Source: Perkinsus olseni
Taxonomy: Eukaryota
Reading direction: 5' to 3'
Length of the DNA: 64,000 nt
NCBI GenBank assembly: GCA_013115125.1
Contig: JABANN010000035.1
Span: 1 to 64,000 of the forward strand
Below the pieces are notes generated by a model, which did not search any database, was not told the origin of the DNA, and saw only the letters and a list, made by a program, of their open reading frames with translations. The position numbers were made by a program, and so were the translations under genes. Shown piece after piece: positions 51,414 to 64,000 of the stretch. Within the stretch, counting starts at the first letter, position 1; each line of letters starts with the position of its first letter.

Positions 51414-54400
51414 TCATATGCTGGACGTGGATGATGATGATGATGAATTATTCAATTTCCATACACGGAATGAGCGGTCGTGAGAAACTGTGACGAACAT
51501 CCCCTCAGCCGACGGGCAAGAAGTCACACCGGCGATGGGCCCCTGACCATCGGAGACACTGTCACTCGCGGTACAGGCAACAGACTCACATTGGAATGCC
51601 GAGACGCGTACTCCCGCTGCAGCGAGGTGCCACGAAGGCTCCACACCTTCACTATGCCATCACGACCAGTTGACACAAGTCGGGAGTCTCGAGGGCCCTG
51701 GCAAGGACACTTATCAGCAGACTTGGTGATGATCCAACTCACCCGGACGAGGCTCAGGGCGGTGATCCAATCGTTGTGAGCTTGAACGCTGGCTAGGCAC
51801 TGTCGACTGCTCATCCGCATACTCACGTCCTGTTGGCCAGATATCGATGCTGGTACCTGGGCTTTGCACGATACCTTTTTCGATGGAGCATGATTGAGAT
51901 CGTCACCTCCCAAAGTTTGATGAATTTATCGCGGGAGCCGCTCACGAAATGAGACGGCCCCCACGGTTGTAGCGAGGAAACGGCGTCGAAGTGTGGGGGT
52001 TGGAAACTGAGCACTGGAAGGAGGAGACCTTCGGTCAGCTCGCCTACACTTGGCCCGTCGGAGTCCTAGTCGGGTCGGTCCACATGCGTATCTGATCAGC
52101 TCGGGCTATGATCACCGAGCGACCCCTGCTGCTGCTGCTGCTGCTGCTGCTGCTTCTAACTGTCTTCTCTCTTCCCCCAGCGAAGAGCTTAGAGTCCTCA
52201 GATGCGGCCACGGCGAAGAGGTCCATGTGCCCACTGGAAAGCTTCACGGGCTGCGGCACAGCCTCCGATGCCCTAACAAGCACACCTTCACCGTCGAACG
52301 TCGTCAACCCTGACCTACGTGGACTCCCGCTTGGTGCCCCGATCGAGCTCCTCAAAGCTTCGTAAATCATACAACTTGAGTCCTGTGGCGGCGATGGCCA
52401 CATGACCAGCTCCCCCGCTAGGCCTGCTCGAGAGTGTCAGCTACTGCGACAAGGGCACGCAGGAGATGACAACACTACACGAGAGCGACTTGGCTGATGT
52501 CCTTGTTCTCTCCCGTCACAACCGTGGCGACGCAGCAGCTGTGGGAAGGACATCCTGTAGTAAACCGATTTAATTCGCAGACAGGATGGGGTACCGCACT
52601 TTTGTCAATTATCTTAACATTATTGGCCACGGCTGCAGCCACGAGGTTCCCGTCAACAGCACACATACTCCTCACAATAACGTTCTGTCCTCCAGCTGGT
52701 ATGGGGACCGATTTAATCTGCCCAAGTGATGAGGTCCATTGCCCTCTTCGACGCAGTTTACTTGTGTTGGTCGGGCGCCAAGATCCCAAACCCGGATGTT
52801 CCCCATGCTTCCCGTCCACAGATGGAGGCTCGGCCCTTCAGTAAGGCAGCAGCTCGTGAGGAAGTAGTCGTGGGCGTCTCGTTCTCGATGAGTGCAACAC
52901 CAACTACAACACCCCAGCCGGGTTCGAATCCCACGGACTGTATATTTTCAATCGACTTTCCCCCCCCCTACGGCGCATTGGCATCATCAGCTCCCCAGAG
53001 CACCTCTCGGTCACCCAAACGAAGGTCTGCCACCGAGCCTGCGCACCAACAACTTCTCAAATCCCTCTACGCTGGTCCGCACCTTTCCGACTGAACTCGA
53101 ATGGTCTATCCACATTCTTCCGATCCCCTTCGTTCTCATTCTCGGTACTCCACTTACGGATGGGCTGCGAGCCTACAGACAGCAGATCGATCACCTTCCC
53201 GAGACGGAGCAGCACCTACGCTTGTAGTCCGCGGACTCTGTCGTTCGAGTTACTTGAGCTAGCCGTGCCCTCTTAGTCGCCTTCAGTGACCCTGCACGTT
53301 CAACCTACGCAAATCGCCTTGCGGGTTGTCTCCGCCACGGGCGACTCACCGATGATGACGAATGGCCTCGTTCTCTCTGAAGAAGTTCTCTCTCTTCTTC
53401 TGCCGTCATCAACTTCCGTCTCAGACTGACATTGATGTCCTCGAGCTCTTCGATGCGGTCCTGCAGCGCCTTGATGTGCTCCGATCGTGTGCGTGACAAC
53501 AGGGCTTCCTGGTACACTGTCTGGGACCTGGTGGCAGACCTAGCTGCTGGAGAGCAGAGCTGCTGCCTGCTAGCCCCCTACTGGAGTTCGAGAACCTCCT
53601 GACTCTCGATGTCATCCACTAGAGAATGCCTCATCCCCTTCCTTCTAAGGGGCATAAACGAAAGGCTGTCGTTGATGCTTGGAGACACGGGTGAGGTTGT
53701 GAAGGCCTGATCGGAACCAGTCTGCAGACGAGTGTGGTATCCAAGGTCGAAGCTGCCATGCCACGGACAGCTAAGATATCGACTGGGCCGAGCCTACCTG
53801 CGGTGCGTCTTCACCAACAGGAGGGGTGTCTTTATTCATGATTGGTATCTCCGAGACCTGAGAGCCCCACTGCCCCTCCGGCAACCAAAGACCCCACCTC
53901 CGTCCGTCCAGGCGTCAATTGCCTTCCCATCTCCCGACACGGTCCGCTGGCTGGAGCTGGTGAGCCTTCTCGGGAGACATCAGACGACCGTACTCCACTA
54001 CGACGACGATGGGTGACTGAGAATAGAAGGCCGCTCCCAGATTGCTACATACAGGCTGAGGAACGACGCAGATTGCAAGCAGCCAGGAAACAGATGGAAA
54101 GACCCACACAATCAACCATGTGCTTACGAGGGGTCGAGGCCTCCACCAGTTGCTTAGAAATCATTGCAAGGTCGGATATCTTTCTCTTTGAGGTGAGCTC
54201 GGATACCCTCCTGGAGAAGTCGTTCCTCAGGAGAGCCATCTTAGAGGCCTGCTCGGCTAGCTGGGATTCCTTCCTGGCGCATTGGTCGCGCAACTCCGTC
54301 AGACGGCTCTCGAGGCTTCCGATCTGCTTGCGGGCTGACAAGGAGCTTTGCCGCCACCAGAATTTCGTGGCGCGCGACGTGAGTGACCATCAATGTACAT

Positions 54401-57400
54401 CACCACAACAACAGGCCTTTAACATAGTCGAGCAAGGGAGCCGGTTATCAATTCTGTCTTCTGGTTATCAATGTGCGGGCCATGCGAGAATAATCAGTAA
54501 AGTTATACGGACCAGAGAGTCGTGAAGGAGGGCCGCAGCCTCACCAGCAAGGAGCTCCTCCCAGAAGACTCTCGCCATGGCGTCAAGGTTAGAGGAAACC
54601 ACCGACAGCACCTACACAAAGTCCTCTAGCGGAGCGAAGCACGAAACTATCCACCTCCTTCAGGCTATCCCCCGGCTGAGTTATTCGATTGGAAGGGTCA
54701 GTGAGCTGAGGTGGGATAGTTGTTCCTCATCGCCGACTAGGTGAGACGGCAAGACCCACCTCGATGTACCGCTTCTGCATCACCGACCATTGAGCCGACA
54801 TCGAGTCAAGATTCTCCTGGGCGTCCAAGAGCTCAGCCTAATGAGTCAGCAGCTGGGCAATTTCGTGGCGCGCGACATACATGGTATCGTTCCCGCGATT
54901 TCCTTCTGTTCTTCAACCCCTCAGTGTCGTCCAGCTTGGCCTCGAGCTCAAGAATGTATCGTCTACTCCAACATCGTTCCTCTCAGACAGCTTCGCTCCG
55001 CCCTCGTTGGCCTACCTCTGCGAATCCAGCCTTTTTTCAAGGTCATCCAACTCCTCCGACAGCTTCTCCGCCTGCCACGCCGCAGCAGGAGCAGCCGATA
55101 GCTACGCGCTTCACCGTCGCTGCCAACCTACTATCTCAGCGGTGCCATCGCGAGCCATCTGCCGGTCTATCATGTCGCGAAGCCAGATCTTGATACTGCT
55201 CGGCTCAGTTCCCGGCACCCCATCCCTCCGTGCTCGAGATCGCTGCTGCTTGGCCCTCGCAGCAGGGCCGAGGGATTTCTTCCGAGAGTCGACTCCTGAG
55301 CCGTTGGAAGGCGGATCAGATCGCCATTGCAGGCCCTTATACCGCAAATCCACCAAATCACGCGATGCCGAGATTCTGGCCCCAAACCACTACTATCTAC
55401 AGCGGTTCAATCTCAGGTAAGCTACTGAGAAGATCAATATTGATGCCCAGACTTCGAAGGAGCGTGGGACTATAGAGAAGTCTTACGACCACCCAGGTTC
55501 ATGCATGGCCACCGTGAGTGTCATCCGTGCCCGGGGGTTCCTCCGAAAGCGTTCACCGTCAAAGGAAGGGAATCACCTCTGCTACCATGACCACGCTCAA
55601 CGAGGACCTACGTCGTTTTTGAGCCTCCTTCAGTGCGTTCAGTTGCTTCAACAGCGTCTCGTTGCGGACCGTGAGTGTAGCAAGAGTCTTCTTGGTAGAC
55701 TGATCGGCAATAACCCATCCTCCCCAGCCGCTGCTGGACCAAAACCACGTCTGCGTCCTTTCTAGCCTCCAACGTCTTCTTCGCCTGGACTCTCTTCAAC
55801 TGATTTATCACTCTGTCACGATCTTGGAGAATTTTTCGGTGTGCCTGAGAGCAAGCAAATCACACCAACCCAACCTCGCAGCACCCGCAGGGGAACGTTG
55901 CGCCGATTCAGCTGATTCAGACACGCATGAAGCGAAAGCAAAGGTTTCCCTCTAGTGTGGGAGAGGGTTTGGATGAGGAATGGAATGACCAGTCGTCACC
56001 CCCTCAATGGAGCAGCAAACACAAACCATACCGACCGACCTCGTCGTGCTCCTTCCTCTGTCGTTGTATACGGACCTTCTCCGCCTTGGCCACCGACAGC
56101 TCCTTCTCCAGCCGGGCAACCTTGCATCAGGTTCCTGCCTCACCGTCACAGCGCCCTCTGAGCCTACCTCCTGACCGCAGCGGTCCTTCGCCTTCTGTAT
56201 GCTGCTCAGCTCTCGACGCAGCTGCTGCATCTCCTTCTGCTGTTGATCCAACAGCCTCTGGTTGTCCCTCTGCCTGAGAAGATTACACTCGACGAACCTC
56301 AGAAAAACTTCGCTCCGCTGTCACTTTCTTTCAAGCAACTCCGTCATTTTCCTGTCACTCTTCTTGGCGTTAATCTGGGCAGCCAATTCCTAAATTCGGC
56401 CAATCGTGAGCGGAGCGAAGCAGTTCCCCCCGACCTCCTTCTCCTTGTTAGCCTTGGCCACCATATCCTCATACATCCTAATTTTCTCAAGATACGCCTG
56501 CTGCATGGCCGCGTGGGAGTCGTGCTCACTACGCAGGCCCTGCAAGTGCCGCTCCTGCGCCGCGATACTGAAAGGAGGAAACCAGCTGCAGTCGTACACG
56601 TGTCGCCCGGCAGACGAAGAACCGAAGAACGGAGTTCGGTCACGATACCTATTTTTGAGCCCATCGTCATCGTCATGGCCCTGGCTGTCCTCGGCACCCT
56701 TGTCCATCCAACTGCTGGTAGCGTGCAACAATGCTTCTACGGCCCCCGCCAGGTCCTCGGCCTCCCCCTGACAGAAGTAACAGCGGCAGCTCTGGAGAGA
56801 CCATCACCACCAATAACCGGAGCAAGCCCCAGACCTCTCAGCATGTATTTCGTGGCGCGCAGTTCGAAGCTCGTACTCCGAACCAAGGACGAAGCCAGAA
56901 GCACTGTACCCACCTCTCCGCCCTCCTCCTGCTGCTGCTCGGCCACTGCGCCGATGAGGTCCGAGAGATTACTCTCATCGAGCTCCAAGTGCTGAGTAAT
57001 TCTATAACCCCACCCCCAGGAAGGATGGTCCCACCTTTGCCAGTCGATCGGTAGTGTCTTGCCCAGCACTGCTAGTGGACGCCGTGTCACCAGCGGTCGA
57101 GGAGGTGTCTAGGCCTGTCTCCTCCGGTGGAGCCTGAGATCATGGCCGAGGACTATGTGAACCTCCGCTTCCCAGATTTTCTAGTCAATAGTTTCACTGC
57201 TATCACTAGACATCAATAAGGCAAACTTAAAACCCTAAGACCGACAGAGCTCGCCTCGAGCCCAAAGTTTAACGCGATGGCCGAGTACTCCGCGAGCCAC
57301 CGCTTCCCGGAGAGCTGAGGTCACTAGGAGAGCATAAAGGAACACTATACTAGATATCAATATGACAGCCGGGCTGTCACAGCCCTACCCTCGAATCCAC

Positions 57401-60400
57401 GGTCGAACGCGCGGCACCCTCCTCCCGTACCTCACTATCGCCTCCTCCTCGGAACCTGCTGATCTCACCATCCAAGTGCTTGTTCCGAGCCCACACCTTC
57501 GCCATCACCTCACGATACTCGGCCAGTTGGGCCTCGAGTGACGTGCACCTGCAATCCAGCGCCGCCCAACCCATGAAGGGCGAGCGGGCTTTGCCGCACT
57601 CACCGCTCCATCAGACGCTTGTTGTTCGCATCGGTACGCTGCGTCGTCGAGGACTTAGCCTCATCAATACAGCCCGGGTGACTGGACGGTGTCTCAAAGC
57701 CTTCCTCGGCCGGATCGATGCCCCGTTCGACGCACAGGCCATGAAGGCGAGCGTATCTTGCAAAGCGTGCGGACTCTTGTTGTAATACCCAGTGCCATGG
57801 TGCGCTTCATCGAAAAGCGAACTGCAAATCCAACTTCAGCTGATTAGCATGTCCTTATGATATTAGGAAGTTGCGGTACTCTCGAAAGGGCGTCACACGC
57901 AACTAATACTGGAAGTAGCAGAGGAAGGTCTCATTCTTAACGGCTTTCTCTTCGATCACCGTGTCGTCATAGAATAGTTTTTCCCACCGACGGATGAGCA
58001 TTCGCACTCGAGGGAGGAATCCTCATGTCTCCCTAGCCGGCCGCGCCCAACTTACTTCCGCTGCCATTGCTCAAGTTCAATCCTAATACCCTCAGCACCC
58101 TCACCAGGACCCAAGCCCATGAACCGAAGCTTCTCCTCCGTTAAATCTCGAATCTGCACTTATCGACTGGACTAGCCCTTCCACCTCTCATCCTCTTACC
58201 TGCTGCCTCAACTCCATCACCAACTTCTTCGTAGGGTCCGTGTTAACCACTGGACGATTGGTGATGCACCGAGCACGACTGGCGTATCTTAGGTTGACCC
58301 CAGTAAGATACGGAACTGCACTCAAGCAGCTGACTTGATCGTGTTGTAGGTCTCGGCAAAGTCCGCTGCTGCCGGAGACACGCAGGCGATCATCACCGTA
58401 CGAGAGTTCCCGCCGAGCGAATCCTGATTGGTCCAAAAGACGAGTCCGTTCCATTAGCGAAGTGGCTTGCCAAGACGACAACACCTTCAAGTGAACCACA
58501 CGGGAGCCTAATTTCCTGGTCGTGCGAGAAGTGGCAGCAGCCGATAATCAATCGCGGTTGAGACACACCGCAGCCGGACGACGCATCAGTCAGTAGAGAT
58601 AGTCAACCAACATCGTTGAACCAAACAAATGGGAAAACATCGAATCCCATGTACATAGCGAGGACAGCTTTCCCGCGCGCCACGAAATTGCTGATCGACT
58701 CAGATAACCCTTACCTGTAATATTCTAGTCAATTTACTGTCCCTATAGGGTATCTAAAGTGCTAAGCCATAGTAAGGTGTTCTCCAAACCACTTGCCCTA
58801 CGTGAGACTGACCCGACGCGGCTGAGCCTCCTGTCGAGTCGGTCGCGTTGAATGCTGCCCCGGCAGTGGTGGTGCTGCTGCTGCCCCCCTCCATAGCCGA
58901 GCTCAAGGCGCAGATAACGTTACCCAGAGCCAACAGACCGCTGAAAAAGTGGAGGGGAAGAGGGTATGTCACAGGTGATGGCAGTTTCTTATGAGACTAG
59001 TTTCGACCTAAGATTCCCTTCAGCTGCGATGGGGACGATAGTCGTAGGCCAAAATACCGCAAAAATGCAGGAATCGCTTAGAACCCCAAAAGGCCACCGA
59101 GAAGAACGCCTCATTGCTGATCTTGATATCGATAGCCCTGGACGTTCCCAACGCTATGAACAGCCACACGAACATCTCCATTCGGGCAAGGCATTCCCCT
59201 TGGTGATGTTGCGCCGCAAACTCCGCCCCCTCACCTGTTGATGTGTATCCCCTCCCTCATCCGGTTGCCAGTCGCCATTGTCCGCTTTATTCGCTCACTA
59301 CCGGCGAGGTCAACGAAATGGAACTTCGCCACCCGATACGAGCACTCCCCCGCAGGAGCGCCATCATCGCTGCCTGGGGGATCGGAGTGGGCTGAGGGGA
59401 GAGCAACTCTGAAGGAAATCTCGGAGCTCCTGTGCCCCGGCTACTTGAGGACAAGGAGATCCACGTGACGATTTTTACAGAGATATGCTCCTCGCGGACT
59501 AGCTGTATTACTCCGTTCGAAAATGCAGCGAAGCTGCGTGAGGGATGGTCGGTAGCATTTTATGCTACTTTTACGTTGATAACGATTCTACGTTCAGATG
59601 TACTGTGATGATACTGCCGCAAATGGGTGGCCATCTCTATTAGAAATTGATACCTTCCCATTGAAGGCCGCCACCCTGCGAGCTGCACAACGACTGCTCC
59701 GAGTGATCCAACCGTCTTAAGTCTGTCCGCTTACTTCTAACAACCATGCCAATTGTGAAGATGGCATGGCTCCGAGACGATTGGCTGTTCATACCGGTGG
59801 AAGCCGTCCTAAAAGCAACCCCAGTAGCATGCAACCACATCACCCACTCGATCGCTTCCAGTGGTTGTCTTTAAACTTTAAAGGTCGAAAGTTCCATATT
59901 TTTCAATAGGAAAATTCGTGCTCTCTTCCTGTACTGAATTTTTAGCGTTTTCGGACTTTGAATTCTTCCGCTGCGAACGACTCGGGACGAAAAAAGTCCT
60001 ATCAGTTCCTTAAAGGTCCTATCCACAGCTTCCAAAATCCGCAAGACGCATTCGAACTCATCTACAAGGAGAGCAAAGCGCACGCCCTATAGCAGTGGCA
60101 TGGGCCTTCGATCTGGGGCCCTCCAAACAATAACGGCAAGTGTTGATGAGTTCAGGAGCAGTCCACTGAAGTCGCCTGCATGTTTTGCCGGTCCCCTTAC
60201 TGTCTAACTACAGAGCCCCGGTCGAGGCAAAGATGTAAGTCAGCTGCGCACTCCACTGGCTCTTCTGTACAGCCGATAACCTAAACAGCAATATGCTGGT
60301 ATGAAGAAGGTATATATCGATTATCGATTAATCGGGCGCGCGCGACTTACAATGATGTTCTTCGACGTTGGATCTTCTATGATACGAATCTTATCACTTG

Positions 60401-61387
60401 GAGCCACAGTCCGACTGATTCCACGTTTCCCACTGGTAAAGGCGCCATTGTTAGTCGACCGAGCTGCTGAAAGATACCACTCGGAAAATCTTCGCTGTGC
60501 GCATGATGTCCATCATGGAGTGACTTACATGAAGTTGGCTCCACAACAGCCGCGGAGGGATCGAGTAGGTCTCGAATTTCCTCGTTGTAAAGCTCGATAA
60601 AACTGAAGGGAAGAATGGTCGAAAACTGCAAGCGGGAGAAGTCCCAGCGCCCCTCGCCGATTTTACTGAGACCACAGGCTGACCATTTTTTCGATGTAAA
60701 AATCGCGGGAAATTTCGGAGAATTTACGATCGTTCAACTGACCTGCACGTGAGCTCGATCGTCTCATCAGGGTTGCCCTCTTCCACTCGTCGGCAAATCT
60801 CCGCGATGACCTGACGGAGGAGGTCCGACGATTAGTAGGCTCGAAGACGCACGCGAGGGATAAGACCGGAGTCCTGGGACACGTAGCTAGCGCTGCCCAT
60901 GGTGTAGGTCTTGCCAGAACCTGGGAAGAGGAGAATGGCAGATGCCGGGATCGAACCCGGGACCTTCACCTGTTTGGCCGTATGCAATTACCGTGCAGTT
61001 GTAGCCTGCGAAAAACTGGTTAACAAGGGGCTCGATAGAGGCAGTGTAGAGCGAACCCTGAAGAGAATGGGTCGCGTGCTCATCTTTATGGCCACCGAAA
61101 GGCACCTGGTCAGAGTCTTGATCGTAGACGCGATCGAAGGTGTAGGCCTTGCTGAGTGAGGGGATGCACACGGTCCTCTCCCCGTCCACTGTTATGCACG
61201 TCGAGGAGCCACCGCTCGCCAGAGTTTCGCTAGTGGTCAAGGGCCGAACTCGGATACAGACCTATCGAGGCTCACAGAGGATTACCCAACACGCCAGATT
61301 CGCTACATTGATATTCTGGGAAGATGATGATGACGACGAATTAGTTGAATCAATTGTTGAGGATGCAGCGCTGCCAGCCGTGGGCAT
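51414..61387 (-). CDS. Kinesin-4 (KIF21-like): motor, long coiled coil, C-terminal WD40 repeats
   Basis: [123 protein letters not shown] motifs [53 protein letters not shown]. Confidence 0.88.
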
Positions 61388-61466
61388 GACGGACAAGACT
61401 GCTAAGTTCGAACCCGAGCCTCTCCCGAAAAAACACCCGGGGAGGGAAATGCTCAATTCAGGCATG

Positions 61467-63097
61467 CTATTGTAGAGTACAGACTGATGGCCGTTCCCCA
61501 TGCGTATCAACGCCTTCAGGAGTCGGCTGGGTCGGCCATCGTGGACACAGGTCGGGGTCCTCGCCTGAGAATTCAATCCCTCACCGGGTCATCGCAACAG
61601 TCATACTTATGTCGTGAACCATCTCCCGGAACAACTTGCCGACTTGCCGAAAATCTTTCGCCGACACGCGCCAGGACCGCATGCCTTGCTCTCGAGCGAA
61701 CAGCTCAGCGGTGTGAGCGATCTGCTGGTACCTTCCACATGAGCCTAAACTACCCACCTATTGCCGCGTTGAGGAAAAGCAAGATAGCAAGATGTCGTGA
61801 AGAGTTTGACCCCGACAGTAACCGCCTTACTTCGAGGAATCTGGGTTCAAATCACACTTGTTGGCTACGAGGTAGACGACGGGTCGAACTCGAACTCTCT
61901 TCCTCTTGAAAGTCTCCTCCATCAACAGTGCAATGTTCAACGCCTCCTCATAAGACTCCTGGCTCGTACCTGCATCCGACCGCATTTGCAGCGAGTCCGT
62001 GTATCACACTGAATCTTGATCTTTGAAGCTGTCACGGACAGCTGATGTCTATCGGCATGATAAAAATTGCATTGCACAACGGGAGTCGATGGCCGATGGT
62101 AGCTCCCATAAAGATGAGCGAGGTGTCCTCAGGAGCGACTACAGAGGGGCTGGCAACGGCATCGTAGCGAAGCGCAGCCCGCCTCACAGATCTTACTGTC
62201 AAAGACGATCATAAATCCCATGCGACCCTCCGAAACCGGACGATACCTGCCGGAGATGAAACATAGAGGGTGTCTCGCCATCCAGCTTTCGCGCTGAATT
62301 TCTCGTGAAAGACGAAGTGTTCGGTGAAGATTTTCTGTCAGCGCACGGTCGGGAGTATACCTAGCGCCATTACCGGCCAACCTTCGGAGCTTCAGCTAGC
62401 CCGAACGGGAGCACCGTCTCATCGACCTGGTCCCTCTCGATGCTCTAACGGCGGGGAGGCTGCTATGGTGGGCTGCTCGGAGCGATCTCACTGCTTGTGC
62501 GTCCGAGATGCGCCGCTTCAGGCCGAGAAAATTCTTAACATTGCGAGGGGTCATGCGACCGTTCTCGCTCAAGGTCTGAGGATGATCAAGTCAGTCGACC
62601 CTGATTGACACTAAAAAATCCGGAGACAGCGTGTCCGAGTGGTTAAGGAGGTGGACTAGAAATCCACTGGGCTCTGCCCGCGCAGGTTCGAATCCTGCCG
62701 CTGTCGTTATAATCACCAACAAAGTCCATCTTTGCTAAGTCCTCATCAAACACACCCACCTTCCCGTCCGCTCTGTAGCTCGAATACGTATCCTCGATCT
62801 CCACCATCGACCACTGATCCGCGCCTTCACAGCCTCTAGTTGACAGAACAGTCTACAACCGCAGCGGGCACTGACACGATGGTTCGCCAAGTGCACGCAC
62901 CTTATAATACAGAGTAGGATGGTCCGTCGGAGGAGTATGTGCATCAACCGCTGCGTTGTTGACCTAGTGGAAGGGGTATCACGATCATCCAACGCCTCAC
63001 CACAGGGTCTTACAAATGCATTGACCAGAGACGTCTTACCACTGCCGCCCATCCCGAGCAGGGTGACACGCAGAATCGGGCAAGTCTCGGCAGCCAT
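61467..63097 (-). CDS. Atypical Ras-family small GTPase with CaaX box, multi-exon
   Basis: LRVTLLGMGGSGKTSLVNAFV (G1), VEIEDTYSS (altered G3), GFMIVFD, ESYEEAL, VYLVANKCDL (G4), VSAKD (G5), ends PSVCTLQ*. Confidence 0.85.
62625..62706 (+). tRNA. tRNA-Ser(AGA)
   Basis: Acceptor GACAGCG/CGCTGTC, D-loop TCCGAGTGGTTAAGGA, anticodon arm GTGGA-CTAGAAA-TCCAC, long variable arm GGGCTCTGCCC, T-arm GCAGG-TTCGAAT-CCTGC, G73. Confidence 0.97.
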
Positions 63098-63169
63098 AGT
63101 TTACATATGAAGATGACGAGACTGTGTTAACAACCCGGGAGATGCTCTTCACCTCTTGGCGAAAAAAGG

Positions 63170-64000
63170 CGGACTTGTCATTCCCGACTCTCGCGCCTCT
63201 CTGCCAATCCTGGATGGAATTCTGCGCACCACCGGAAGTCGGTAGAGCACCATTTTGGAGAGTACAAAAATCGTACGTCCAAATAAGATTTGTGAGCTCG
63301 AGCAGCCCTGCCAATCTCCCAGACCATTCACAGACGCAACACATAACCCCTTCGAGAGCATCAACTTCCTTGACGGAGGGAGGGCGACAACAACATAATC
63401 AGCAGCCGCATGCGATCATTCAGTAACGATGCCGAGTCGTAACTTCTCTCCCTGATATCCAGTGGATATTATCCACCACCTGGCAGACTACTCGTGATGA
63501 TACGCCGGACCATTGGCTGAAGCCCTGCGAAAAAGCGTCGCTACACGACAGCCACCCTCATCTAGAAGCCCCTTGACTATCCTCTACCATCCTTCACAGC
63601 AGGATGAAGTGAGAGAGCTCAGCTGGTGCTACTACTGACTAGCTCCGTCCACAACAGCTCGGACCCTCACCCACTCTGACGACTACAACCCAACAGGTAA
63701 GGTATGCTCCTCTTATACTCCACAATATACCCGATGCAAGCAGCAGCAGTGCAGGAGACGCTACTGGCTTGGCTTACGTTAGAGAGGAGACGGAGGAGGA
63801 CGAAGACTAATGTACTGATGGGTGAATAGTCTGGTGAATTTATTCTACACATAGTTGTTCGCTTAGTTGTGGCGACCTCTAGGGCGAATGAGGAGCAGTT
63901 GTTGCCTCGGTGCGGGCGGACATGACCGGAGGGCTCGACTTGGTTGGCCGTGATTTCGTTTCCACTGGGGCATCGGCATGGGACGAGAAGCAAAACAGCT
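63170..64000 (-). CDS. 3' part of a hypothetical, possibly membrane protein gene entering from beyond the window
   Basis: Coding-like segments (STLVFVLLRLLSN; VWEIGRAARAHKSYLDVRFLYSPKWCSTDFRWCAEFHPG) with GT-AG breaks; structure not resolved. Confidence 0.3.

Noticed and set aside
53842-57054. Long plus-strand ORFs such as 53842..54525 and 56243..56995
   Set aside because: Antisense shadows of the kinesin coiled-coil exons; the same applies to 25828..26757 opposite the GBP

Overview
Gene-dense, intron-rich eukaryotic nuclear DNA with mostly 44-55 nt GT-AG introns. The intron style and lineage-specific secreted families suggest a Perkinsus-like alveolate (inference). Because of splicing, the ORF track fragments most genes; models below were spliced by hand and ends are approximate where stated. 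Recognisable genes: CAP/SCP secreted protein, AP-4 sigma subunit, XMAP215/ch-TOG, COX11, a guanylate-binding protein with an N-terminal Tudor/SH3-like module, a calmodulin-like protein, a nitronate monooxygenase ending in -SKL, a KIF21-like kinesin-4 with WD40 tail, an atypical Ras-like CaaX GTPase, and tRNA-Ser(AGA) antisense in that GTPase's intron. Main novel-looking signals: (1) an ~8 kb same-strand array (16-24 kb) of small, otherwise dissimilar genes sharing a PP1-docking-like V-x-F-x8-[YF] motif, one also with SILK; (2) five dispersed tRNA-3'-end-like extended B-box elements sitting in tiny introns or a gene spacer; (3) a 236-bp insertion with inverted repeats and a 6-bp target duplication in one of three decayed paralogues of a secreted family; (4) a perfect 57-bp palindrome.
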